Source: Phoronis australis
Taxonomy: Eukaryota > Animalia > Phoronida
Assembly: GCA_002633005.1 (NCBI GenBank)
Contig: NMRA01000313.1
Location: 62,001 to 126,000, forward strand
Length of the DNA stretch: 64,000 nucleotides
Reading direction: 5' to 3'
Below, in pieces: positions 40,196-51,579 of this stretch; positions within the stretch are counted from its first letter, which is position 1; every line of letters begins with the position of its first letter. A program made the position numbers and the translations under genes. The notes under the pieces are model-generated. The model was not told the origin of the DNA. It searched no databases and worked only from the letters and a program-made list of their open reading frames with translations.

Positions 40196-41538
40196 AGGAG
40201 AACGCAACCTTTTTTCATGTTATCCAGACGTGTTTTTTAGTTAGTAACGGCTTCCCGTAATTTCATTAGTTAGTCGCGCCTTACTCCGGAAGTGATGTTG
40301 AGGGGGTTAAGAATTTCCTGCCATTTGGTTTTCATATAGTCTGACTGTGAGCTGTCGAGTCAGTCATTATTTTACTTCGATTGTGATAAGTTCAGCTGTC
40401 ATTTGCATTTGTTTATGAGTCAGTCAACATGCCGTAAGTTTGCTGCTACCGGGTGTACTTATTATCGTCTCGTGCATTTTGGGTATGCCATTACATCGTT
40501 TTCCGAAAGATGCCACACTGCGCCGTACTTGACTCATTCGTGTGAAGAATGTAGCGTTACCGGTCTACACAACGGACATGGCAGTTGAGAATTACCGAGT
40601 GAGTGCAGTTTTGAAGCAAGAACCCTCGCGACTAGCTGCAGCCTCATCTACTGTCACCTGTGCCTGGAGCATGCAATTCTGGGAACTAGCAGTGACGCGC
40701 CCTATGCTAGTGTTGTCTCCAGCGCAGAGCCTTTAAGCAGCCATGCAATGATGTTGAGTAGTGGGAGTGAACACAAGCCCAGCGTGACACCTGATGAAAA
40801 TAGTTCATTGTCCAGTTGACAGGCTGGTGAGCCAAACTTAAAGTTTATTGTGGACTTGACTAAAGTATTAGAGATATTTAGATGGTGGTAGGTGTGTGGT
40901 GAGGGAGTGACACATGGTTAGATGTAATCGGCTTCAGTGCCCAGGTCAGTGGGAATAGCATAGGCATTCCATTGAGGTCGGCATAACAGTGCACGCAGTG
41001 CACTAGCTTGCACCAAGAGGTCACATCACGTCTGTCCTCGGTCTATGAATCATCTCTCTCAACAGATGTCTGTGCGTATTCTGCCTCACTATACTCGGGC
41101 TCAAACATTATTCACCTGCTGACTGTTGGTGAAAAAATTCCTCGTTACCACTTATATGAACAATGTCTCCGTCACTCACGTCACTGTGACATGGGTTGCC
41201 AACTCCAGCCATTTTTAGGCTAACTAAACGATCCCTAAGTCCAACGTAACTGAGTTCTCTAACAACCTAGCTTGTCCTAGTAGAATACTCGTCAATGAGA
41301 AGTGGTGACGACAATTTTAGGAAACCAGCACGAAAACTACAATGGAACAGATCCTCACGGTGAACTCAAATGCAGAAACAAAAGGGCAGGAAATTCTTAA
41401 CCCCCTAAAGGTCACTTCCAGAGTAGGGCAGGACTAATTAATAACATTACGGTAAGCCTTAATTGACTGAAACATGTCTGAGATAATCAACGAACTGTAT
41501 TTTCGGTAAAATGACATGAAAATAGGTTTCCTCCTCCT
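40196..41538. mobile_element. Kolobok-type DNA transposon, internally deleted, with THAP-transposase (+) and KolX (-) remnants
   Basis: TTAA at 40192-40195 and 41539-41542; TIRs aggagaacgcaacctttttt / aggaggaggaaacctatttt; subterminal ~45-bp inverted repeat. The + strand remnant reads GMPLHRFPKDATLRRT*..ENYRV-SA and KFIVDLTKVLEIFRW; the - strand remnant reads MFEPEYSEAE..RRDVTSWCK..CTVMPTSMECLC. Confidence 0.85.
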
Positions 41539-42958
41539 TTAAGAAAACCTTGAAAAGGGTTCCTCTCCGTAAAAAATGACGCCATTGCTAAAACGGTTTT
41601 TCCTCAGTAAGACTATTCTAAGAAATACTGGTCACTGACATAAACAATAGGCTAGACATGCAATCTGGTCATCAAATACAAAAAACAAGTAAAAGCTACG
41701 TCATCAACTTAAATACTTAATATTTAATTTCAACATTTAGGCTGGCCAAGTTTATTTTGATAGTTTCAGTAACTTTTGCAGGTATCCTCCAGATTTAAAA
41801 ATTGAAAAGTTGGGAACGTTTGCAACTTAGTTTGCTATGTACTCCTCTAGGACTTTTAAGTATTAACCTTTGTTCTGTTTACTTCAATCCACCTAGTTCA
41901 TCTTGCAGATTTTAAGATTCTGTGTACAGAACTTCGTTTGGTTAGTTTATGTTGAAATTTGGTGTAGTGAGGTAGGAGAGTGTGTTACGTTGTGTATATT
42001 TGCCAGACGGGGGCGTTAGGTTGTTGTATTGCGTATTTGACTGTTACAACTCACTAAAGGACTGTTTCTTAATTTATTGTTAATGTTGATTACTTAGCTG
42101 TATACGTCATGTACTGTTTGATGTCCAGCTAGTTAAAGCTCTGGGAACAACCCATTTCCACCACCAGCAAACCCTTCTCTTAGTAGGCCACAAGACACTG
42201 ACTACCTATGGGAATTATTTTTGTGAACATTTACAAACATTTCTATATTACCGTGGGTGCATCAAATATTCAGTATGCCCAGCATTGTAATCAGTGTATG
42301 CTGCTTAATCATTTTACTAGAGAATCAATTCAAAATATTGAGGAAACGTTCAATAAATACTTAATAATCTTTCCATGCCTCCGAAAGTACTCCCAACTCT
42401 TTGTGACCGGTTTCTGAATCGAAACTTCAAAAACAGTTTTATGTCTGGAAAACACTTTGTAGGCCTGGAAAATGTTAGTTGGTGAGTGAATTTTGTAGGG
42501 GAAGCAGACATATTCCACACTCTTGCCCGGCAGCAGCTTTTAAGCTGTAAGAAGTCTCTTCGTATTTTAGTACAACACTAAATTTTCCTGTGATCAGCTA
42601 GGCCAAGAAGGAAGAGAAATGGGAATTGTTTGACAATAGGCTAAAAATTACTGTTATTTTGAGATTGACTGCTTTACTGAGGTTATGGATTCATTACTGT
42701 CGTCATTGTCCTTAGATTTTGACCATATTTGGTCAGACAGACCTTAATCTTTACGACTAGTGTATTTTGCACATAAACTGAAGGGACAAGATAATTCTCA
42801 GGTTTTTGTCAACTACACTATTCATTTTGACCAAAGATTTACCCTTGTACGTTTGTAGATTTATTAAATGAGCTACCAAATTCATACAATTTGATAGGTT
42901 GTTTTGTAATGTTGCTTTGTAAGTTTATGCCCATCTTTGGCTGTTGTACTGTGGCTAG

Positions 42959-42964
42959 AATAAA
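42959..42964 (+). terminator. Candidate distal poly(A) signal of the NUDT gene
   Basis: AATAAA followed ~25 nt later by GU/U-rich cttgttttgtatgattt, located where the + strand T/G excess appears to flip to A/C excess. Confidence 0.4.
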
Positions 42965-43649
42965 AACTCTATTTTGCTGATGAAAACTTGTTTTGTATGA
43001 TTTCACATTTTTAAAAGTAATGTTCCATGTTCAAAGCCTACTTAGGCAGAGATTTCAACACAACCTCCGACTTAAAGTCGTGAACTATGTTCTGGTGTTC
43101 AAAACATAAACTTCCTTTGTTGCAGTAAATCGCCTGGAACACCAGATGGCCATACGGCTATGGCAACTTAAAACTATTCCGCAGTAAGCAGCTGTTATTG
43201 TAAAGTCTAGTGAACTTCAAGTACCCTATTTAGTAGATATTTCTTATTATATTTTGTCAAATCTCTAGACAAAAATAAGAGTAGAGCAAAATCAACTTCA
43301 TCGCCGGCATGGCTTGTATCAATTTCGTGTAATAAAATAAAACTTGAAAAGTGTTAATAGGCCTTTTAAAATTGAAAAAGTTGCAATTTTGTCGCTTACA
43401 GTATTTTTCATGTGAAATTTAGGAGAAATTTCTTGAACAGACAAATGCAATGACAGAAATTAGTGCATTTTAATATCGAAATGTATACTGGTCTCCATTT
43501 TAGTTGCATATAACTTTATACCAAATAAAAACCCGACTTCAAACAAACAATTTTTTAATTTTTGCAAAAAACAAAAGATAGATTTGACCAAAGATCACCC
43601 CCATTCAAGAACATGTTTTCCTAAAAAAAATAAAACTTTAATTCAAAAA

Positions 43650-43705
43650 TGGGTTGGGCAGTTGTGAATATGACTCGTAGGAGCCAGGTTCGAATCCGGG
43701 TAGAA
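43650..43705 (+). mobile_element. tRNA-derived SINE head remnant
   Basis: Intact B box ggttcgaatcc at ~43687, but no cloverleaf can be built. Confidence 0.25.
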
Positions 43706-44408
43706 TTGATGTAAATTTCAGTTAAAGTATTTTCAAAAAAGCTTGAATGGGAGTTACATATTTTAGACAAAAAATGGACATTTTAAGAGACCTTCAAGAA
43801 TTTCAATTGCAATGTCCAAACAGTTGTAAGAAACAGATCAAAGGTGCGCTAACCAACCATCTGTAGAAACAAAAACTTGATTTTAACCAAATAACTAAAT
43901 GAACTCAAATTAGTTTAACCCTTGCTCTTAAGTCGGGCTACAGAGGATTTAACTCTTGCTTGGTGAAGAACTGTCGACTCATTGCTAGCGACCAGTTTGA
44001 AAAAGTTGACTTAGCCAGCCAGGTAATTTTATGTACTGCTCATGGCCAAAAGAAAACCAGGTCATCTCCCAATAGTCACCTCTAATCTGAATAAGGAACA
44101 ATTACCCAAGACCAGTTTCAGCAAGTGACCCAAATCAAAAGTTATGTTTTGACAACAAACAGGTTTACCTTAAAATGGCAATAAACTCGCATTCCACTGA
44201 AGAAACTAAAATTTCAGTTGGACCATTCACTCACTTAACAACTTGGATGAGAAGTGATATTTGGCCTTGCAAAAAAGAGATCATCGTTCATTACTCCTTG
44301 AGACCAAGCTCACGGCATACGATGAAAGCTTGTGAAAAGAAAACTTCAAGAGCCTCGTCTCGAGCAATAACGAACAGTCAGTTCTTTCCAAGTCCAGAAA
44401 TAGCTTGA

Positions 44409-44575
44409 AATTTGTCCACGGAACAATTTGAGACCAATTTGTCCATGGAACAATTTGAAACCAATTTGTCCACGGAACAATTTGAGACCAATTTGTCCAC
44501 GGAACAATTTGTGACCAATTTGTCCATGGAACAATTTGAGACCAATTTGTCCACGGAACAATTTGAGACCAATTT
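44409..44575. repeat. 27-bp minisatellite, 6 units, each quasi-palindromic
   Basis: aatttgtcca(c/t)ggaacaatttgagacc head-to-tail with no spacers. Confidence 0.95.
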
Positions 44576-45638
44576 CGCAGTGGTCTAAATCAAAAGTCGT
44601 TTTTGTGCTGTATGGTGGCTGAACTTCTAGCCGCTTTAATAGATAACGTTGTTTAAAATATTCAGGATAGTTTTTCCTGATCTTACTTTACTAATGACAG
44701 TGCTAATTGGGGTTTAAAACATAACCACACTCATGCAATCTTGAATTTAGACTGTAAAACTAAATAAAGGAACATTTAGACACCTACCCCATGACGGTAA
44801 GTGCTTTAAGTTCTTGTAATGGAAAGTGGCTTTAGACTCACTTTTAAGTGTCGTATATGAAAATAACCATTAAGTACCCTTAGAAGATTAGTTAACCCAC
44901 TGATGCAGACAGCATTGCAATCCACTTGAAAAATGTTGCTTGCAGTCCAGACAATACTGCAAGACAGACTAGTTTTGAAGCCTAAGTGCACTCGCAGGAA
45001 GGAGAATAAATCTGTGGGGACTCGTCAATACTCTGTTTGACCCCACTAGATTCAATGTGTCCAAACCCTGTGACAAATCAAAAGTCTGTGACTGGACACA
45101 AAAACATAGCTGGAATGGATCTCTAAAAGGAAAGACCTTCTCCATTGACTCTATAGTTGGAGCACCCAAACATATGACTCACAGCTGATTGGTCAGAACA
45201 TTTATGACTCGCACCTCGTTGGCTAGAGTACTAGAGACCGCACACTGGATTATTTCTTCACTACAGATCACTTTACCACCGACGTCCTGGTGCACACTCC
45301 CCGCTGATAGTCACTGTCTTATGCAATGCAAACAGCCCGTTTCCAAACTATTCTTTTCCATCCAGTCAACTCTGCAGTGTTGCCATTTGATAATTTTCTC
45401 TGACGACTATTTTGTACACAAAAATTTGCCTCTCCTTAGCATGATTTCTCTTGATCTCACTCACCACGCTCGCAAGCCATATGCAACACACTCCCTTTCC
45501 ATACGGTGTTGGGTAAAACTGACTTAAGACAAATAACGAAAACGAAAGTGCTAACACTATTCCCTCGTCATCAACACTGAGAGTGTCAAAAGCTTCCAAC
45601 TCAATCTCAACTCGTTTATGATGAACAAGGTCGCACCG

Positions 45639-45729
45639 TCACGTAATCTCTCTCTCTGTCGGTGGTCTGTTTGTAATGTTTCGTTTCACCGCTTGCACAA
45701 CCCAATCGATCCCATCATGAACCCCTTCC
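45639..45729 (-). CDS. ARFRP1: ARFRP1 coding exon 7 (terminal)
   Basis: catttcag|G GAA; encodes EGVHDGIDWVVQAVKRNITNRPPTEREIT* (TGA). The exons sum to 93+88+83+82+71+101+91 = 609 nt = 202 aa + stop, with all phases consistent. Confidence 0.95.
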
Positions 45730-46132
45730 CTGAAATGGACTCGACACTTAAATAAAAGGACAAATAATCCAAGTTTCCTAAAATTGTAAAAAACGTACCC
45801 ATCCAAGCGTATATATGTTATCAGAAAAAAGTCAATGAACATCATTGAAATTTGTCTGCCATTCTTTATGCTAAGGTAAAAACCCAATGGGGAAAAAATA
45901 TGAGACATCGTACTAAATCAACAAAAATTGATCAAAAAAATTTGCAACAACATTTTGTCAATTTTCAAGCAGATGAAATTTCATTCTTTTTTACTTTCTC
46001 GGACAAATGAGCCTCATTGACCAATACTAATTGAAAGCTTAATATTCAAACTCACAGATTCAGATATCTGCCGACTAATTGATTTTGTAACTTATTAAGA
46101 AGTAAAAATGATGTGCACGAACACTTAAGACT

Positions 46133-46330
46133 CAATAATAATAATAATAACGTAATGAGAACAATGCAGAGCACTGGTATCTGACCTGGCAGACATTTTG
46201 TTGAGGGTCTGGACTACACCGTCCTAACACAGGGGTACCCTTATTGGGGATCACTATTAGTGATGGAAATCATGCAAACATAAATGTTCTGCTTCAAAGG
46301 TATTGAAAACACCACTGTGTAATGTTGATT
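46133..46330 (-). mobile_element. SINE-like fragment with (TTA)n tail in ARFRP1 intron 6
   Basis: Reverse complement contains ..aataagggtacccctg.. (resembles a SINE central domain) and ends ttattattattatt. Confidence 0.3.
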
Positions 46331-46451
46331 CAGGCAGTGATAAGTTCGGGGTGTTGTGTGCAGGAATATTTTCACTTCTAAGTCAATACCTCCTACTCAA
46401 AATTTCAGTGACTAAAGACTGAGTAGCTTAAACCATGAATATAAAACATAC

Positions 46452-46552
46452 CCTGTTAAAGCAGACACCGGTAAAACCATACAATCTCGCCGACCGATTT
46501 TTGGAGCACTTGTGTTGAACACCTCCTTAACCTCGGTGACGCTCATGCATTC
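46452..46552 (-). CDS. ARFRP1: ARFRP1 coding exon 6
   Basis: cctttcaag|GAA (AAG acceptor) ... ACA GG|gtatgt; 101 nt encode ECMSVTEVKEVFNTSAPKIGRRDCMVLPVSALT(G) (G5 motif SAL). Confidence 0.93.
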
Positions 46553-47577
46553 CTTGAAAGGACAAACGTAGAGAGTCGTTCCACAATTAAAATAGTTCGT
46601 TACATCTTAATCAAAGCAGCAAAGGCACTGTGGCATCACAGAATGGTGCAAAGAAGGAACCTGAGTTTTTGGCGACCTGCAGTTTAAGTCCATCACAAGG
46701 TACTTGAAAAAGTTCAACTACCTTTCTGTTGAGGTGGTTTATACAGGGCTTATCCAAACCTTCAAGTATAATATGCAAATCGCAGGAATTTGGCTGAGTC
46801 AATTGGACCTTATGCACTTTATGGACCACAATTAATGGTATCAAACATTCAATTTCATTTCACGAGTCATGGAAAGTCAAAAACAAGAGTTGAAAATGTC
46901 TTGTATTCTGGGTGCGAGACAGCCAAATCAACAGTTCAACAGTTAGAATGGTAAGCATAGAAAATGCACACGTAATCCAAGCACATCATTTTGGTTCAAC
47001 ACCTTGTGTAACACAAAAAATGAACAAGTAACCCAAAGATATATTAACAATGCAACTTCTTTAATATTCAAAGTATCACATGAGGTACTGCGAACCAAGT
47101 TTGTAGTACTTATCACAGTGTTGAAGTTGGCAGCATTTCGCTCCGACAGGACTCGGGCGCAATCCAACTTAACAAATTCTACTGGCTGTCTAAGTAGCAC
47201 ACAAAAGACAAAAATAATAAAACTTATTTTACACCCTGTGAAATATGCAGGGCATGGTATGAGCGAGTCCATTAGTCAAAACAAGATATTATCTTCTGTG
47301 ATCTCGATCTGTAGGATACGAGTCAACCACTCCTGAATTAAGGAAATTTTACACAGGCAATTGTCTTCTCCCTAATATAGCAGTTGATCATTGGCAGATG
47401 CTTCTCATTTACCCATATCTATGATGAATTAAACATCTAGTTGTCTGCAAATCACTAGAGTGATTTCTACAAACCCTCTTTCTAAGTCTACTAGCATAGT
47501 GTTTTGTATGACCAATCTCCCACAATCCTTTGTGAGTATGAAGAATGGCGCTACTCGTAACAATGTCCAGCACTTAC

Positions 47578-47648
47578 TGTGACATCTTGCTTGTTCGCCA
47601 ATACCAGTAATGGCACACCTGCGACTGCGGAATTGGTAATCATCACAT
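47578..47648 (-). CDS. ARFRP1: ARFRP1 coding exon 5
   Basis: ttgcag|AT ... ACA|gtaagt; 71 nt encode (D)VMITNSAVAGVPLLVLANKQDVT (G4 motif NKQD). Confidence 0.96.
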
Positions 47649-47761
47649 CTGCAAACAGTAAGGTAAGGCGACACATGTACTTTGTACAGAAACTTGTTAA
47701 ATAAGGGGGTACCCAAGAGCACTGCGAGCGTGCACTTCTCGTACAGCTTTTAATAAGCGCG

Positions 47762-47842
47762 CACTTGCGAGGGCTTTCAATCACTCCTGGCTGCTAATTC
47801 ACTTGCGAAGGCTTTCAATCACTTCCGCCTACTAGTTCACTT
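47762..47842. repeat. ~38-bp tandem duplication
   Basis: cacttgcga(g/a)ggctttcaatcact..cta(a/g)tt twice. Confidence 0.75.
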
Positions 47843-50823
47843 AGAAATCCAAGACAAAGTCCGACATGACAAAGTTTTAAGGAAATCACCTTCATCAAGG
47901 ACAATGATTCTAAGGCATAAAGCTACATTGTAGAAGGTTATTGTCAAAATTTTGGTACAAAAATAAATAATTTAATTACACGACATAAGCTTGCTTTATA
48001 TTGACCATACGGGAATATTTTTGATTTCTGTCACCTCCAAAGAGGTCGTAATACTTATTTATTATATTAGCTTAAGCGACTTTGCATTAAAGTAAGCAGT
48101 TCCAATTTTTTAGACTTATCAAAGTTTCATAAGTTTGAATCACAAAAATTGTCCCCTATTGAAATGATATTTCTTGCACTGATTTGCTGACAACTGCTTT
48201 TTCGTAGATGCCATTTTGGAATTACTGAGCATACGCTGTCGTTCAATCGCGAGTTATCACTTTAGGCAGGCGCACGCTCTATTCAACAGGCTTCAGATGT
48301 CCACAAACATTAATTCCAACGATCATTCAAACACTGTCTTAACCTATATGATACAGTTCAATATTTTCCAGTGTTATTTTGAACCGAGCATCACAAAAAT
48401 GAAATGCACCCATGAATGTCATCTCAACAAACCAGTTTATTACTTCTCAAAAGCTTGCCAATGGTTTCATGAACTTAATTGTCTAACTTTGGTACTTATA
48501 TATCTGGAAAATCACTTTGAGCCACGCAGAACAAAAGACTCATGAAATACATACACAAAACATACCGAGAGTGGCGTACATGAAGTGACATCCACGAGAC
48601 ATTATTCCGGGAATAATGTCGAGTGCGATAACACTTCGTGTACCCCAATCGAGGTACGTTTTGTACTTATCCCATACGCTTGGAACTCCTAAGTTTCTTT
48701 CATTTTTTCCACAGATTTTTTAAATACTTCACTAAGACTGTTCACGTGGCGGATCACAGCCTATATGTATGTACTTGCGCGTAAGGCTGCAAGTTTTATC
48801 TAGGAAAAAACTGACGATTTATTACTTGAAGAGATAACAAAGATGAAAACAAGGGTAACTTTTCATTGAACTTCTAACATCTCCTCATATTTGATATTGT
48901 AGTTACCGAGGAATCGGCGCATGAGTTGCAGACGATAAAACACTTAGCAAATGAAACTGAGACAGAACTGTCATATAATTAACAGTCCTGTTCTAAATGT
49001 TACGATTGAGACCTGATTGTATGTTGAGCGTTATTTACACTGCTATAATTGTATTACTTCAAAATATTTTCCGAAAGTTTGGTGATCGAACCAGCTAACG
49101 ATGTCAAGTTGACATTGACCTACCTTTTGAACTTTCCATGTCAGAGGTCACTGTTGAAGTTTTGTTTGAGGTGAATACGGAAACGTTATTACATGGCCGT
49201 ATTTCCCTCAACAGATTCAACGTGTTTGGAATAAAAAATAATTAGCATCATGCAGTTGACAAATTTTCTACCGAAATAAGAAAGCATGAAAAAATAAATA
49301 CTGCAACATGGTTACAGGAGAATTTTGTGTTTTAAAAAACAAGAGACACTGGGAATAAGAACTACCGCAGATCCAATTTAATTATTTTCGTTGGCTTTCC
49401 GCAGATTTCAGGGAACAACAAACCACCGTAACTGCGTGTGGACTTGCAACTGTATATAGGCCAAAGGCAAGATCTTGAAAATAGGGCTACCAACCGGTAC
49501 CTTATGTCGACACAGTATCAGAAACTGTTTGGAGAAAGGAATATCAGTAAAATACTGTTTTAGAAACTGCATGAGTATCAAAGACGGTATTTTAGAAAAC
49601 AGTACACATTAGCTAATCAGGTTTTACTTAATAATACTATCATTGATGTATTTGTTATTATATTGAGAAACAAAATTTTTTTTTTTTTTTAATCTGTTAG
49701 TCTCTTTCTTGCGTTTAACAATAAGTCAAAGCAGAATAAACACTATTTACAAATGCTCCATACAGGGCCTTAAGTTCAAGCAGTCAGTACCCATTCCTGG
49801 TTGAAACTGATTAGTTTGAACGTCTGACTGTAAATATCAACAAAGTTTCAAACTTTGTCAATTAAGGTAGTTGGCCACATGTATTACCAAGGACCAAATT
49901 AACACACATTTTAGATTTTAATTGTAGACCCATAAAACTGTATTTTAAAAATCTTCAATGATGACAGAATCTTATCATGTGCACACAGACGATCACGTTG
50001 ACTGTGTTTTTTCGAAAAATTATGATTTTCCAGGGTGTACTTTCTAAAAACATGAATTTTTTCACAAGAACCTTGAAAATTTATTCCATTTTTAAGTTAT
50101 TTTCTATTAGCTACTACAAAATCACATCTTTTGGCCCAAGAACTTCCATTGTCAACGATGAAGCAGTCAACATTATTTGAAAACCGAAAATCGTGATTTT
50201 TTACGGTCAAACTCTTGGGCTGGAAGGCCTTAAAAAATCAGACACGATTTAGTAATAAAAGACTACAGAAACAGTATTTGCAAGTTCCGTGATAAAAAGT
50301 GTGTTCATGGAAAACACAGCGACCTCCATGAAAAATCATATTTGGGAGAAAATGCATTCATGTGTTTACAAACATCTGGGCATTGCTTTCGTGCACATAA
50401 GATTTTTTGACCATCATGGATTTTAAAAATAACATTTTATGCGTCTACTATTAATACGTAAATACTAATATTTAAAAAAATAAGCACCTTTTACCTTAGT
50501 TATTCACAAAAATTGTTAAAAATATACAGATTAGCCAGAATATCATATGGTTTTGTACAGTACCAATACAGGTTAACAGGTTGCATCGTTTGGCTTCTAA
50601 CGATATGCAGCCTGCTTTGAAAGACTAGAAAGACCAGGACAAAATCCAAGTTTTCTAGAAATCATCTAACAAGTAGTTTGAATGTCAACATCTCTTAAAA
50701 TAGTCAGAAACACTTTGTCAGATCGAGTATTTCAAAACGAAGTGCTTAAATGTTATTTTGCCGACATATAATAACGAAATCCGTGACTCAGGTAGATTTT
50801 CCATCTCCAGTCAAATAACTCAC

Positions 50824-50905
50824 CAAAGGCATTTTTTGACTCTAACAACCTCTCTTTGTCAGCAGAGTCTATTATATAGATAACAGCGTGGCATTCGGCA
50901 TAGTA
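50824..50905 (-). CDS. ARFRP1: ARFRP1 coding exon 4
   Basis: tttttag|TAC ... TTT G|gtgagt; 82 nt encode YYAECHAVIYIIDSADKERLLESKNAF. Confidence 0.96.
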
Positions 50906-51579
50906 CTAAAAATATAAAAAGGGTATAAAAACAATAACAACACGCATAAATTACAAATAGACATTCACCATGTTACAAAGAGTATGTAAAATGGTCCACT
51001 GAGACCAAAAGCGTACAGCTGGTTCTGATTTCTGTTTCTTTTTAAAGTTGAGACAGTGGTGCGGTATTTTTTGTTACTCATTTTTTTTCAAAAAAGAAAA
51101 TCCATCTGTGGAATTTGTTTTTTTTTACTCATTGCTCAGTAATCATGGCATTTCTTGCCCTTAATAACATGACTTTGTACATATGTTAAAAACATGCCTG
51201 ACCTTTAGCAAAAATTGATGCCGATGGGCGTTTTGTTTTAGTCGGTGAGCTCAGGTCTCGTAATAAGTTGAGTAGAGACAACAACCAACTAGTATTTGAC
51301 CAATTTTGTTGAAATTGTACAGCTTTCGTCAAAGTTATGACAAAAATCTCGAAGGATTCCCGAAAGCTCTTGCAACATGAAGGAGATCAGACGAAATGCC
51401 CAAGCACAGTGACTGACAGCTGATTGGCCTAATATGGTAAAATCTCCTAAATTCAGGACACATTATGTCGATCAAATGAAGTGTTTTGTAACTCTTTTTT
51501 CAATGAGAAACGTAGCACCAAAATAAATAGTTACCCATGTTCAAACCTTGTACCATAGCAGCCATCAGACAACGCTTTA

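Noticed and set aside
43650-43720. tRNA gene
   Set aside because: B box present, but acceptor, D and anticodon stems cannot be formed.
44346-44572. Repetitive peptides (LFRGQIGLK)n and (VSNCSVDKL)n
   Set aside because: Artefacts of translating a 27-bp tandem repeat that lacks stops in those frames.
45639-45641. Selenocysteine decoding of the ARFRP1 UGA
   Set aside because: The UGA sits at the normal ARFRP1 C-terminus, the adjacent hairpin lacks an AUGA/GA quartet, and no SECIS was recognised by eye (not excluded computationally).
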